A stretch of DNA of 64,000 bases from an uncultured Thermoplasmatales archaeon (GCA_964514975.1 CAZESS010000006.1:27193-91192); one strand, 5' to 3'; counted from the first letter of the stretch, positions 48,514 to 61,967 are shown. The notes: generated by a model from the letters alone, not told the origin. Numbers and translations: made by a program.

Positions 48514-48849
48514 ATGATGCCAGACACTAAGCATGTGGACGTGGAGATTCCAGAGTGGTTGGACGAACAAAAGGCGCAGGAACTCATCGAACGTGCCCTA
48601 AACCCGGAACATGGAAGCGGTGACCAAATCATCTTCAACCGCATCGAAGTCGGTCACGAAAAGGAAATTCGGATTTCCCGCGACATCTACAAGAACCGCG
48701 TGATGTACAACATTCGTCAATGGTACGTAGACAACTACGACGAATGGCAGCCGGGAAAAGGGTGCGTAGTGAAGCCGGAATCCCTCCACGAAATTATTGA
48801 GGGCCTGCTAACAATGGAGTTTTGGTGTCAGCTCACTTCCTCGGACTGA
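48514..48849 (+). CDS. PC4-like ssDNA-binding/coactivator protein
   Basis: EIRIS..YKN...NIRQWY....EWQPGKG. Confidence 0.75.
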   Translation: MMPDTKHVDVEIPEWLDEQKAQELIERALNPEHGSGDQIIFNRIEVGHEKEIRISRDIYKNRVMYNIRQWYVDNYDEWQPGKGCVVKPESLHEIIEGLLTMEFWCQLTSSD

Positions 48850-50860
48850 GGTGAACGAGAAATGTACAAGTTTCCTACGGCTAAAGAAAAGAGAGTCATA
48901 AGTGATGCTCTTAGGCATCACGAGGAGTCCCGTAGCTCCTACGATAAGAGAATACGTGAGCAGTTCATCGAGAGACAGTGCTTCAAGCCCGCAGGTACTC
49001 TCGATACAAGTAAATTCCTATTAAGGGAAGCACCTCTCGCAGGTAAGACCTTCTTTCTACACCGAACCCACAGCATGGTCCAGGTAAAGGAACTTACCTC
49101 GAGGGGACTTATCGTAGGGGGTACCTGCTTCTTCTACAGAGATGCTCAAACAAACATCATACGCTACCTCTCCTCCCTTCGAAGTTTCGTCGCAATGTGG
49201 CCAGAGTACATCAAATCTCCTGAGGACTGTACCTTCCTACAGCCCTGCGAACTTTTCGGAGACATAGCGTACGAGACAGCGGACCGGAAAAGGTGGGACC
49301 GTCCATTCGGCTTGTATACTCCTTGCCCCAACTCCATCCTTCTTGGATACACATGGCCGCAAGGCGGAGATTGGGAGATACACGGTAGAGCTCCGTACGA
49401 CCCCGTAGATCCGTACTACTACGACGACTCGTTCGCGGGCGAGATGAGCTACGAGACCCTTTGAACCAAATGTTCAACAATTGAAGGAGGTGCCTACAGA
49501 TGTTAGTAGAGGAGGTTTGTTGCACACATGCTATCGAAGGTGAATGCTCCAACTCCAGTTGCCCCCATTGGCGCATCCACTCGCCGATGGACTTGGGTTT
49601 AGGCAGAAATTGCAATGAAGGGTTTCGATGCGACCGATTTCAAGTGCGGAGCATACAATGGGTTGAAGCCCCAGTAGTACAAGCTCGGTGTGGGGTGCTC
49701 CTAGATTTCTAGGAGTTCCCAGTTTTCAGAAAGGAGTTTTATTACAATGAAAGTCCGATGCAGTCTAGCCGATGAGTGCAAGGCGACTTGGGACGACGGA
49801 GAGCCGTGCCCCCATCGAGAACCACACGAACCCACATCTCATTTCGAGTGTGCACGACCTGTACAGTGTATGCACTACGAAATTACGCACGGTAAAAAGG
49901 GTATAGCTCAATGCGTAGTTGTGAAAGAAGGCCCGAAGGCGGTAGAGGTGAAACCTACACCTACAGGTTATGCATTGTCACTGTGCACAATCATTCAATA
50001 CAACCCGAACCCCGAAAACCGCCATTGGGCTGTTGAGCAAGTGTGTCAAGCCTTTAGATGCGCCGCACAAATAAATCCTGAACAATGGGCCGAGGAATAG
50101 GGAGCTGCGCTCCGGTACTTGGGCTACTATTCGTTATGCCTGTAGAATCGGTAAGCCCGTACAAATCATCTCTCCTAACGGGAGCATGACAAGGAGGAAC
50201 TATGATTGAATACCTAGGCGCGAAAGTCTTTTCAACGAAGGAGGCAAAGGAATGAAAATCTACCTAGTGGAGGACGACAGCAACTACACTCCAACTTCCC
50301 GACTCGTAACCTCGTTACAAGAAGACGACAAAATCTTACAAGAGTGGGACGTAGTGGTGATGCAAGGTGACGAACTGCAACTGTCAACACTCATCGATGA
50401 AACAGGAGGCCTTCCTTCATGAAAGCACACGTTTGGCATCCGGGCGATCCTTCTGTAGGTATTTGGGATGGCGAGGCTGACATCGAAATGAACCTCATGT
50501 CTTTTCAAGACGAGCAGCAACGCCTTAACACTCGCGTAGCTTTGCAAGAAGCCTTCCAAGAAATCTTCGACGGACATTGCGAAGTTTGGTTTGAGGACGA
50601 GTGTCAAGATTGCTTGGGGCGCAATGGTGTACACGACTATAGCTGCCCCTCAGCGCCGATACAAGGAGAGGGCGATGAACAATAAAGACTACAATGACCC
50701 CGAACTTACATGTCTATTGGGTGAAGCTCGAAAGACTCTCCAAGCGTTCGAAGCTACGCAAAACGTTCAAAACATTGTAGATATCATCGTACGTACAGCA
50801 TATCTCCTAGGCAGTAACGCTGCATTGCAAGACGAGTTACAGTGGCTGCGTAGTCGAGAA

Positions 50861-50926
50861 GATGACGATGATGATGATGATAACGATGGCGATGATGATG
50901 ATGATAACGATGGCGATGATGATGAC
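50861..50926 (+). repeat. Poly-Asp coding tract containing a 24-bp tandem repeat
   Basis: GATGATGATGATGATAACGATGGC x2 inside ORF 50591..50980. Confidence 0.85.
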
Positions 50927-51109
50927 GAGCCGGGTGGGCCAGTTGTAGAAGCCGAGAACATACTTAAAGGGGTATCGTAATGACTATCGAGATGGAGTCC
51001 TACAATAAGGGTTACACCGAGGGTTGGAACCAAGGGTACTTGTACGCACTGCGGGAGATGCAGGCGCGGTGGGATGAGAAGATTCGAGCATTGCAGGAGG
51101 AGCTGGAAC

Positions 51110-51508
51110 ATGAAAGCAAGTAAAGGGCTACCAACACATCTGTATAACGAAATACGGTCTCGAAACTTAGAGCCCCTCATTTACTACCTACGGGATTACG
51201 ACGACCGCCCTGTCGTCACTCGATGTATCTTGGTACAACCGGATGGCACCCCTATAGCTTCCGGTACAGCCTTTTGTTCATCAAAAGATAACCCCAACAA
51301 GGCAGTGGGCAGAACCCTTGCAACGTCAAGAGCTCTTGCGGCGTTGCGTGAAGGTTACAAGGCCGTACACCTAGGACCAGGTTGGCAACAGTACACCGCC
51401 CTCACCAAACAAGATTTGTACCCAACCGGTAAAGCCAGCGCTCGCTATCTTTCAGTCTTCGAGCGTAGATTGATTGACAGGTGGCTCATCGGACAAAAGG
51501 AGCAGTAG
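51110..51508 (+). CDS. Phage protein with G.A.CS..D...K..GR..A motif
   Basis: SGTAFCSSKDNPNKAVGRTLA. Confidence 0.55.
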   Translation: MKASKGLPTHLYNEIRSRNLEPLIYYLRDYDDRPVVTRCILVQPDGTPIASGTAFCSSKDNPNKAVGRTLATSRALAALREGYKAVHLGPGWQQYTALTKQDLYPTGKASARYLSVFERRLIDRWLIGQKEQ

Positions 51509-54134
51509 TATGCAATTTCAGTACGAAGCTCGTATTTACGGCAAGGACAACGAAGGTGAGGAAATAGTATGGGCAGGGCACCTTGGTAATACGGCTACCC
51601 AAGCCCTCAACAAAGCTGTACAAGCAATACATCATGGTACAAATGGTTCCTACCCGTACGAGGACACCTGGTTTATGGAGATTAGGGTGTTCGAGCTCCA
51701 TCAAGTAATGCGTCGGGACGTGTTTACCATTGATTCTAAGGGAGTGGCCCTTCTGGACTACGCAGGAAACAAAACTGAATATCCGAGGTGAGAAATGTTT
51801 TGTGAAGGCTGTGAATTTTACATAAACAGCAGGTGTACAAAAAGAGAGTGCGTGTACGTTGAAGACCTATTAGCAGAAGTAGAGTACGAAGAAGTATTGT
51901 ACGAGATCTGCCATCCAACCGAAGACACCGTGACGGTGAAAGGAGACGAACAAGATGAATGAAGGAACTAAGCTAGACAGCACGCACTTACGTACTGCGG
52001 GAATGTGTCTCTACCTCTCCGGAAATCTCGATGACTGGAAAGATGAACTAGAACGTGAGGGCTTCTCCTTTGAGGAACAACAAGAGTTCGTACGGCGCTA
52101 CTTCTTTCTTATCCGACGTATCGACGAGGCTCTTGCCCTATGGGTAGCTGAAGGCGACGTACAACCCCTCGTACACGTATCTGAAGAGACATCTCTACTT
52201 ATGGAGGCAAACAAATGAGTGATTGGAGATGGCAAGAAGTAAGTGACAAATTCCTAGTTACCCCTGAGGGCCGTTGCCCTATGTGTAACTACAACGTTTT
52301 CAAGATAACTTTCAGCTTAGGCAACACAACTCTCACCACGTCCCCCGACGATGTACAAGTGGTATGTCACGGAACTCCGGTTGAAGTGGTAGACGCGGAG
52401 TGCCAGCAATGCTATGAGGACCTCCCATTAAGAGTTTTCCCTCCTTTCTACTTCGTAGTTGTCATAGGAGACGAAATCACTATCCACAAACCCTCTTGTG
52501 ATGACATCTTACAAGCTCTTGATGCTTTTAGCGACGCGTTGTACAAGGAGAAGATCTCCCTAGACCGTTATGACCTCATAGACTTATTGAAGTACGGTTC
52601 CCTAGAACGTCCCAACGTTTGGATATGGTTCGTTAACGAACCTGTAAAGGTGTTGTAATGAAAGCTACACCATCCGTACTCAAGGACCAAATCCTTCACC
52701 CAGAATTCGCTAACGAGAGTTTACGGTGCCCGGCGTGCGGAGACGTATGGTCCGCTAACGCCGGAGACTACTTCATGTGGAAACCTGACTCGCCCATCAA
52801 ATGTGAATGCGGTGAACAGCTTGAACTTGTACGCATTCGCCGAAGCGTTACCATTGAGCAGGTATACAGATGACCATGCGTATGCGTAGTAAAATGCATA
52901 AGTACGCCAAGGGTGAAAGCAATCCTACTTTCAACCGTGTCAACCAAAAGTCCATCTGCGACCACGCTGAATATTGGGTAGAAAGGATTGACCAATGCGG
53001 GCCTTACACAGAAGACGTGGACATGGTACTGCAAGAGTTAGTGGATTGTGCAAAACGTGAGGAGGTGAGTGTAGACATCGTACAACAAGTTTTACGTCGC
53101 AGGAAGATTCGCAGCTCGATTGAGCACATCCTTAAAAACATGGGAGGCAGAGAATGAACTATGAATGGTCACCAACTAGCGCCGTAGGAAAGTACCTTAC
53201 CCAAAAGTTGAAGTGCCCGCACTGCGGTGCGATACCAACTACCGTAGTAGCATCTCTACAGGTGTACGGAGTCCAACACGACGAAGCTTCAGGAGGTTGG
53301 AGACCTGCGCACGGTCCAGACCAAAGGCCTGGAGACTTGGACCGAATGCACATTTGCGATGAATGTGGCGAGCCGTACGACGTGAGCGACGTAACGTTCG
53401 TCATTGACGACGAAGCCTTAGTTCCTAACTACCCACCTCTCGTATACGACGCTCTTCAAGAGGAGTTCGGAGAGTGAAAAAGTGCCTCTTACCAACTACA
53501 GGTAATAGAATGTAAGACAGGAGCATACCCTTACTGTCAAAAGGAGAAGAAGATGTCAGAAAGATTTTCCGCGCTGAACCTACCCGTTTATGGGCTGCGA
53601 GTGTCGTCTGAGTACCTGCTGAAGCACCCTTCCTTTACACCCGATGTGGCTCAGTCAGCCTTCTCCCGAATACTAGAAGACGGAATGCAGGAAGGTTTCA
53701 TTCAACTTCCGCCCACCTGCCCTGCCTGCCTCTTGGAGATTGACCGAATCTGCACGGACCAAAGAACCCACCTAGTGTTTGCGGAAGGAAAGTGGCAAAG
53801 GGAGATAATCCCAATAGACGTTTTCTCTTGCCCCAACTGCGAAGCAGAGTTTGGCCCCCAGGACCTAGATTTGTTAGGCGTACCTAACGAACTGCGCTAA
53901 TGGTAAGGAGGTTATGATGTCCACAAGATTACTATACTTCAGAGGCGAGGGTGAAGGATTGCAGGAGTACGTCACAATCGTAGACACCGAAGGTATGACC
54001 AAAGAAGAGCACATGGAAAGCCTTCAACCCGCACCGGGCTTCTACCTAAGAGGCGTATTCGACCTCCTTCCCGACAACTCCTTAGTAGACTCTCAACTAC
54101 ATGAGTTGCCCTTGGAAGAAATGCTCGCGAGGAC

Positions 54135-54407
54135 GTGGTAATGAAGTACGAACTTCAAGTAATAGGTACCGACGCAAGCAAGGAAGATGTGCAGCTAGAC
54201 CGTTCCCCTACTTTACAGGAACTGCAAGACTGGGTAAAAGGTCCTATCGAAGTGTTGCACCTTAACTTTCACGGTAGAGTAATGCAAATGGTGGTAAACG
54301 AAGAAGGGTACATCCAAAGACTCCCACCTAACTACCTTGCAACTACTTTGTATGGACAGCGCATATGCGGGCCTGTAGTACTTTTCCTGAAAGGGCAGTT
54401 GGAATGA
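54135..54407 (+). CDS. DUF3846-like protein
   Basis: LQELQDWVKGPIE...VNEEG...LPPN..AT...ICGPV. Confidence 0.75.
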   Translation: MVMKYELQVIGTDASKEDVQLDRSPTLQELQDWVKGPIEVLHLNFHGRVMQMVVNEEGYIQRLPPNYLATTLYGQRICGPVVLFLKGQLE

Positions 54408-55703
54408 CCTCTGAAAGAACGCATCTCGTTGAGAGGAGATTCAGCCACTCTAAGCTCCGTCAGCTAGACGTTTGGTTAGGAGACAAAACGTGCGACATAC
54501 GTTATGCAACCGCCGAAGTAGAAGGAGACAGCATCGCCAACTTTCGTGAGCATTGGAAGTACGACCTACCTTACGTAAAGGTTGCGGACGTCATGAGAAA
54601 CTGGCACGCTAAGTGCAAGCAAGAGGGCTTAACGGGGCTAGTAAGACAAAAGAACGACGAAGTACTCGAAAGTGAGGAGGCAAGCAGTTGTTAAGACCAG
54701 CAGACCTTAGTGTTAGAAAGGGAAGGTCAAACGCTATATGCAAAACGTGCGGCACCCCTATCGGTACAACTGGCGAAAGAGTAGTGTATAGCTCGGCCAG
54801 CAATAGCTCTCCGGAACACCACCACGTACAGTGTTTCCTGATGTGGAACTCCAGGGACATCGCCAAACTGTACGAGCTCTTACAAACAAGCGGTATCGCG
54901 CGGGAGGTGAAAGATGGACGCAGAACAGGCTGCTAATCTCGCAAACGACTTGCAGGACCTTTCCCTAAAAGGAGTAGTCGCAGTTTTATGGGAGCATGAG
55001 TTTAGACAACGCGTAAACACTTTCCCCGACGACAGGTTCACCGTGTCGCAACTACACGCTCTCAACCAAGAGATGGCAGATTGGGCCTACCAGGTTACGC
55101 GGACGTTAGTAGACCAGCACCACGCAAGCCCTTCTATACTTGGTCTTCCAGCACGTATGCAAGAAGAAGTACAAAAGGTAATACACACAAGGTTACAGGA
55201 AGCCCAATACCAACACTCTTAAGTTTCGTCATCTTACAAGGAGGCTTTCAAATGTGCACTATACTAGCTACTCTCGTATTTGCCGGAATTGCGTATCTTG
55301 GGACGCGCTTAGTAAAAGTAGCCGACTACTTTTATTACCGCCGCCCGCGTCGCCATGTTCACTATCTTCTCGCTAACGTCTTCGGTATACTTATGTGGCT
55401 ACTTGTCCTCGTAGGTGTCGCTGGGGCTATATTGATGCCAGGGATCAAACTCCTAACCTGGAACGATAACATACAGATGGCATCATATTGGGACAACTGT
55501 ATACAGCCTAATATAGCAGAAACTCACGACAACTACGTTGTGGTTACGGGCTTAGTACCAGGTGTCTGGCAATCCGGTAGTTTCAATCTACCCAAATACA
55601 ACTCCAGCCTATCTTTTAGAAAAGTTTGGTTGGACATCCCTGTAGTTGGTTGGGCGGTTGACAAACCTCGAGAGGATCTGAAGTTTGTAAAAGTGGTGCA
55701 GTA

Positions 55704-56282
55704 ATGTTTCTAGGAATATACGGCATGTGCATACCTACAGAAAGTGTATGGGTCACTTCCGACTTTCACTTTGACCATACAAACATCATCAAGTACTGCA
55801 ACAGGCCTTTCAATTCCATCTCGGAGATGAACTGCACCCTAATGACCGAACTTTGGGAAAAAGTGAAGCCTTGGCAATACTTGTTGTTCCTGGGAGACAT
55901 GAGTTTCGGTAGAGGTTCTCGCAAACCTAAATGGTGGCTACAACAAATGCCCGGCCGTGTAATCTACGTTAAGGGTAGTCACGACAACGGGATAAGATCG
56001 ACCATGGTTTATCCACATAACACCTTACTAGTAGTAGAAGGCTCCCTCAAAGCGGAGCTGTACCAACACTCGCATGCCGAACTTATTAAATTCTCCCATG
56101 AGCCAAGTTACGGCAACGTTTGGAATGTGCACGGACACACGCACGAAAACCGTCCGTACTACATGCCCCGTAACAATCGTATCCATATCGGAGTCGACGG
56201 GAACAAATTCTCCCCCGTACCGCTAGACAACATAATAGGAACCATACAACTTTCACAAGGAGGCGAAAATGCCAGTTCGTAA
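55704..56282 (+). CDS. Calcineurin-like metallophosphoesterase
   Basis: SDFHFDH, LGD, GSHD, SHEP, HGHTH, GVD. Confidence 0.9.
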   Translation: MFLGIYGMCIPTESVWVTSDFHFDHTNIIKYCNRPFNSISEMNCTLMTELWEKVKPWQYLLFLGDMSFGRGSRKPKWWLQQMPGRVIYVKGSHDNGIRSTMVYPHNTLLVVEGSLKAELYQHSHAELIKFSHEPSYGNVWNVHGHTHENRPYYMPRNNRIHIGVDGNKFSPVPLDNIIGTIQLSQGGENASS

Positions 56283-57579
56283 GATGCCCATTGACGTCGA
56301 CTACTGTAGTAATTGGTCGATCAGAGACGCTATCAGGGAGTTTATACAAAACGCCCTAGATACGCATACGATCACCTCTATCAAACACTTAGGAAGCTTC
56401 GCCATCATTCAGGACCAATCAACTGGAGTAAAGATGCGAGACTTCCTTTTGGGGCGTACCACTAAAAGGGACGACAACACCGTAATCGGTCAGTTTGGGG
56501 AAGGTTTGGCTATCGGGTGTTTGGTTATGGCTCGCGCAGGACGCCTGGTCGAAATAAGAACAAACGAGCAAGTGTTCAAAGCCTCCATCAAATCGGATAG
56601 GGTATGGGGAGGTAAAATCCTAGCCTTTGAAGTAGGGAAAGCCGAACGTCCTCAAACTGGCACAACCGTTTACGTAGAGTGCTCTCAAGCAGAACTACAA
56701 GACGCGGAGAGTTTGTTTCTACAACTGTGCCCTAAAACCTTGATAACCCCAACTTCCGCCGGCGATATAATCGACTCCCCTGGCAACTTTTACGTAAACG
56801 GTGTAAAGGTAACTACAGGAGACTCTATTTTCGGTTACGACTTCCGTCAAGCAAAATCCCTTATCAACCGAGACAGAGGCTCCATCGACCATACAGCTGT
56901 ACGTGTAGCCGTTAGCAACGTATTGTCCGCTTGTGATGACGTAGAGGTTGCAAAACAAATACTAACTACGGCAGAGAAAGGTGTTGTAGCTAATGGACAA
57001 AACTTCATCGAACTAGCTACAGATTTCCGACCAATCGTACCTACGTGGAAAGAGGCCGTGCAAAGCTTGTACGGAGAAGACGTTTGCTTGTATCGTGCCG
57101 GTGATACGCTAGCAAACAATGACATGAAAAGTAGAGGATGGAGAGTACTAGAGTTTCCATGGAATTTAAGTTTCCTACTACACATGGCAGATGTACTACG
57201 TTACTCCGACGAAACCCGCAAGGATTTTCAACACGTAGTCGAAGTGCATCCTACGCCCGAAGAGCAAGAGATGTTAGCCACAGCTGAGCGCGTATGCAAG
57301 CTTCCTTGCGAGCTATGTAGGTTACGTACGGACCACTTCACCTCAATAGTAGAGTTCCCGGACGACAACCAATACGGACAAACCGTTTACGAAGAGGACC
57401 GCATAAACATATCCAGAACAGCTTTGCAAAGTCTCGAACAAACGGTAGCAACTCTTCTACACGAACGTGTGCATCTTACCACCTTTCAGCCCGACTACTC
57501 ATCAGGGTTTGAGGCAGCCGCTTTTGAAAGTCTTGCAACTCTCGCGATAGCGATGTCCGAAAAGGAGAAGGTATGCTAG
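56269..57579 (+). CDS. GHKL (HSP90/MORC-like) ATPase fused to a C-terminal HExxH domain
   Basis: REFIQNALD, IQD, IGQFGEGL, GT; ATLLHERVH. Confidence 0.8.
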   Translation: MPVRKMPIDVDYCSNWSIRDAIREFIQNALDTHTITSIKHLGSFAIIQDQSTGVKMRDFLLGRTTKRDDNTVIGQFGEGLAIGCLVMARAGRLVEIRTNEQVFKASIKSDRVWGGKILAFEVGKAERPQTGTTVYVECSQAELQDAESLFLQLCPKTLITPTSAGDIIDSPGNFYVNGVKVTTGDSIFGYDFRQAKSLINRDRGSIDHTAVRVAVSNVLSACDDVEVAKQILTTAEKGVVANGQNFIELATDFRPIVPTWKEAVQSLYGEDVCLYRAGDTLANNDMKSRGWRVLEFPWNLSFLLHMADVLRYSDETRKDFQHVVEVHPTPEEQEMLATAERVCKLPCELCRLRTDHFTSIVEFPDDNQYGQTVYEEDRINISRTALQSLEQTVATLLHERVHLTTFQPDYSSGFEAAAFESLATLAIAMSEKEKVC

Positions 57580-60416
57580 TAAGCGAAGATGAAAGTATCG
57601 TATGGGACTTTTGGGCCGAACGCTACCGAATAACAGTCGAGGAGCTACAATCATGGAAAGACGATCCCGCAAAACCTATGCACTGCGCTTCTTGTGGATG
57701 GCACGGCACGTTACAAGACATCCCTAATAAGCTGTGCCCGAACTGTAATGCCCACGGCAACTTCGAGCCTTGTATCAACGGGCGATGTATGTTTGGAAGG
57801 AGATAAAAATGGCAATACCGACTAAAGTACTGGTTCTTACTGAATTCAACTTTCCTGCACTTTTCAAGGGCACTATCAGCGACCAACTCGCGCATTGGGG
57901 GTTTTGGCTGCACCTACACGAAGTTACGGTCGTTGGAAAGAACTCCGATACACCTTCTACTGAGTACGTCTCCGAAGTGTGGATACCTGCAGATAGAATT
58001 TTATACGTACAAAAGCTCGCCGAAGGAAAGGGGGAATAATGGATAAGTTAGTACCCGTCCTCAACGAACACATACAAGTACCTTGTTGGATAGAAGACAT
58101 GGGTAACTACAACAAACTGCCTACTCCTTATAGAGAAGTTCCTAGCAGGAAGTTTTGGTACCTATTCGACCAATGGCCCATTGTCTTCATAGAAACCCGG
58201 CAAGTAAGCTTACCCCAAAGTAAAACCCTTCGGCACACTTACCTCTTTTGGAAGCACGACCAAGCCTTTGCAATTGTTATACCCGAACGTGTAGCTTCTG
58301 GAGAATATGCATCGGAGCCCACCTACTACACGATCGGTTGTGAACACGATTGGGGTCCGGACCCTGATAGGCCCGGCCGTATGCACCTACATCCATATCG
58401 ATGTCGTGTATGCGGGTTGACCAGAACACTTGACTCGTCCGGATAAAGGAGACGCGGAGATGAAAGTAACCTATAGCGATTACCTGCAAACCCGTAAGTT
58501 CAACCGCAAGTTGTATGAGTACGTTGCTAAGGAAATGAAAAGGAGCCTAGTGCTTTGTGACGACGTACACGTAGAGTTCAGTATGTCGGCAAAACACCAA
58601 ACGCCTTTCGTGACAGTTGTAGGAGAGGAGGCTACCGACGCTGTAGACATCATACACCACATACTTGACACGTTTTTCCAAGTGGATGAACCAGAACCAA
58701 TCCCAAACGGATGGAGTATAGATTTTCAGGACTAGGAGGCTGACATGAAAGTACGACAAGAGCCAAGCACCTTCACCCCTCTACAAATAACGTTAACAAC
58801 ACCGCAAGAAGTAAGAGCCCTATTGCTAGCCTTGAACGAGATCGGAACCTACGCTACGTGCCGCGACATGGAAAAGCAGTACGGGGAAAGACACATGCAG
58901 CTGCAAGACCTGTACCACAGTATGTTCCTTACCCTCAACTCTCATACCTTACAAAACTACAATATAGGCTTCACTCTTACTGCTCAAGACGAGTGGTTTT
59001 GGTGCAACGGCGAGGAGACGAAATGCGTATAACGGACTTACGACATAAGGGTGTTGTTTGGGATCTACAGGGCGATGTATGGACGTCCGTCTCCCCTTTA
59101 AGCGTCAAAGGTGAAGCGTACATTAGTACCTTATGTGGCTACAGAGTATCTTTTGACATAAGTGACCTTCCTTACCTAAGAGAGCTTGTGAGGCTACTCG
59201 AACTCGAACAAGAAATAGAAGAGGAAGAAGCGGGTAGTACACCTTCAGCTAGGACGAGACAGTATAATAGAAGACGCAAGTAGTTCAAGTAAGGAGTAGA
59301 GATGAGCATACTACTAACACATGACCAAATAAAAACCATCGAAAAACGAATGTTACGGAAGGCAGAGCTGGCAAGGGCTGCTGGTACCTACTTCGATATG
59401 GACATAGAGTTCCCCTTAGCAGTACTTCGTGCACAAGTAGGAAAGGTAGCCAAACTAATAGACACTGACGCTTCCGGTCCTGACCTAGAGAATTTCGTAA
59501 GACTACTTAAACTAGAAGCAAGGGGAAAAGGGAGTATGCCCCATGCCAAGAAAGTATTGTACGACCGTGAGAGACGCAAGTGGAGGAAACGTGAACGACT
59601 TGAGTAGGTACTACTTTATCGTAGGACTGATAGCGGCCGTATTGCTGGGAGCCTCCATACTAGGACTGAAGCAAGGTTTTCAGTTCGCTCTGGGCTACGT
59701 CTCGATTACTGCAACCATTGTGTTTGCAAAATATCTCGACGTAGGAGGAAAGAAGTGACTACGGAAGACGGGATAGACGCGCAAATGGTATGGCACCTAA
59801 TAACGCAAACTGCTACAAAAGAAACGGATCGACAGGATGCAAAGGTCACTTTTCTTCGGTTTGAAAGACAGCGGCAGGACCGCCTGTTGCAGGAAGAATT
59901 ACGCGAATACAGCCGACGACAGTTAAAAAGAGACAGGCTAGTAAGGTTTATACCTGAGCGACTGGCCGAGATTATAGCAAACCCTAACGGTTGTTTCAGA
60001 TCTTAGAAAAGAGGTACACAGTGCAATGGCTATCGAAACGTTAGACGACATCATCGAAGAGCTCGCCGACAGATGCGGAGTTTATGGTACCTACAATTCA
60101 CAGAACGATACGTTTGAGGAGCACACTTTTGACTGCGACTGCCGCATATGCTTCACCCGGGAACTAGAGAGCCGTATACGTGAAGCAATGAGAATCGAAC
60201 AAGTTCTGCAAGAAAGGAAAGTAAGTAGGAAGTGCCCCATATGCGGTAGATTCACAATCGACTGGGAACCCAGGTGGAATGCCTTCAAATGTTTCGCTGC
60301 AGACTGTTCTTGGTACGGTAACGTCCCGCCTCCCATCTTAGACGAAGACATCAGCCAAACGGCTAGACGACTTGCAGAGCATAGACCCCCACCTAGCCCA
60401 CTTTAGAAAGAGGAGT

Positions 60417-60902
60417 ATGATGAACGAAAAACAACAAAGGCTTCGAGAGCTGGTTCTGGAGTATAGTAACTCTGCCACTTTACACGTCGACTCTACCATA
60501 CACAGCAACTCTACAATAGTAGACCTATGCATCGATAGTCTCGACCTTATCGATATGATCGTACGTTTGGAAGCAGAATTCGACATCGACCTGTCAACCA
60601 TAGACGTTAGCACCTACGGAGAGATGTACGACTTGTTAGGAGACAAGCCCGCACGATCCGGCAACACAGCTACCCGTAAGTGGATAGCTTACGACGCACT
60701 TCAAGGACGGGTAGAAGAAGCACTACGCGATATAAACGAAACTAACTGGGAAAGCGCCTGCGAGCAACTACGGCAAGCCCTAGAAGAAGTACGTACACTA
60801 CAGCACCTTAACACTCGCCACACCTGCGACGTTTGTGGTGAAACCTTTGATAAGGACATTCGACCATACTGTCCGCATTGCACACACGGGCTACACATAT
60901 GA
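60417..60902 (+). CDS. Acyl-carrier-protein domain fused to a helical region and zinc ribbon
   Basis: DLCIDSLDLIDMIVRLEAEFDI; C-terminal CDVC...CPHC. Confidence 0.7.
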   Translation: MMNEKQQRLRELVLEYSNSATLHVDSTIHSNSTIVDLCIDSLDLIDMIVRLEAEFDIDLSTIDVSTYGEMYDLLGDKPARSGNTATRKWIAYDALQGRVEEALRDINETNWESACEQLRQALEEVRTLQHLNTRHTCDVCGETFDKDIRPYCPHCTHGLHI

Positions 60903-61901
60903 AACTTTCCCACTTTTTCAACAGCCAAGTAAGTCCTTCCCGCATAAATGCGCTTCTTAGCAAGTATACAAGTACTCATTTGGGTACTCGCGGTACCTTA
61001 GACTTTTGCAGCTCCCTAGACCTACAAGCTGTGTACATATGGCCGCAAGTTGACAAGATGTCCTTAGAGTACGACAACCATAAAAAGATGTATTGGGCCG
61101 ATGCCATCAAAGGTAAGGAGTATGAGTACGGAATTGAAGACGTGAGTCCCGGCATAGCTTTAGCAGCTGCCTGTTGCAGGGCCCTTGTAGGAAGATTCGC
61201 ATAGACAAAGGAGACACATGTACCTAGAAGCCGCAGCAGTAGCTACGACAATTGTCCTAACCGTCAGGTACCTAATAGTCCGCCGTACTGTCAACAAACT
61301 AAAACATGAGGAGGAACTATTCAGAGCCGAACTAATCTACCATGGAAAGCTGCCTCCCAAGTTGATGCGCAGATACGTATGTATACCCGACTGCCTATCT
61401 ATAACTCTTACCTTGGAATCAACGAAGAAATACCACAGACCTTTAAGACTGTGTTACCTTGACTGTTTTGCAAAAGGAGGTAAACAAGATGACAACTCTC
61501 GCGTTCGAGTACTACCGCGGGTGGATAATACAACGACACCCTAACGGCTTGTACGCCTACCCACGCAATGACACTTCGGTCCCGTCAGGTTTTTGGTTTC
61601 GTAACCCAGTTGAAGCCACCCTATTCATCAGAGAGACACAAGGAGATGAATAATGAAAAAGTATTTAGTAAGGGTTCAAACCAGTGGTGTAATAGGTTAC
61701 GCTAAAGTAATCGCTGAGGAGCCCGCCCTTGCCGCCGCTATGGGTATCTCAATCATTACCAAGCACAAAGAGCACTACATAGTCCCTACGATGTTAATCA
61801 GACACACCGAGTCCAGTGTTGGGCCCATTATACCCTTGCACTATCACATAAACAACATCTATGCAGAAGTAGTGTCGATACAGGAGGCGTAACGTAAACA
61901 T

Positions 61902-61967
61902 TCCCGCGTTGTGTAACGGTAGCACGCCAGACTTTTTGTCTAGGTTCGAATCCTAGCTCGGGAACCA
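61902..61967 (+). pseudogene. tRNA-like element (Gln-like) lacking the 3' strand of the anticodon arm
   Basis: Acceptor TCCCGCG/CTCGGGA + ACCA, D arm GTGT/GCAC, T arm CTAGG-TTCGAAT-CCTAG; only 66 nt. Confidence 0.75.

Noticed and set aside
50861-50926. Poly-Asp tract as a DNA-mimic system
   Set aside because: It is explained by simple in-frame slippage duplication; there is no further support.
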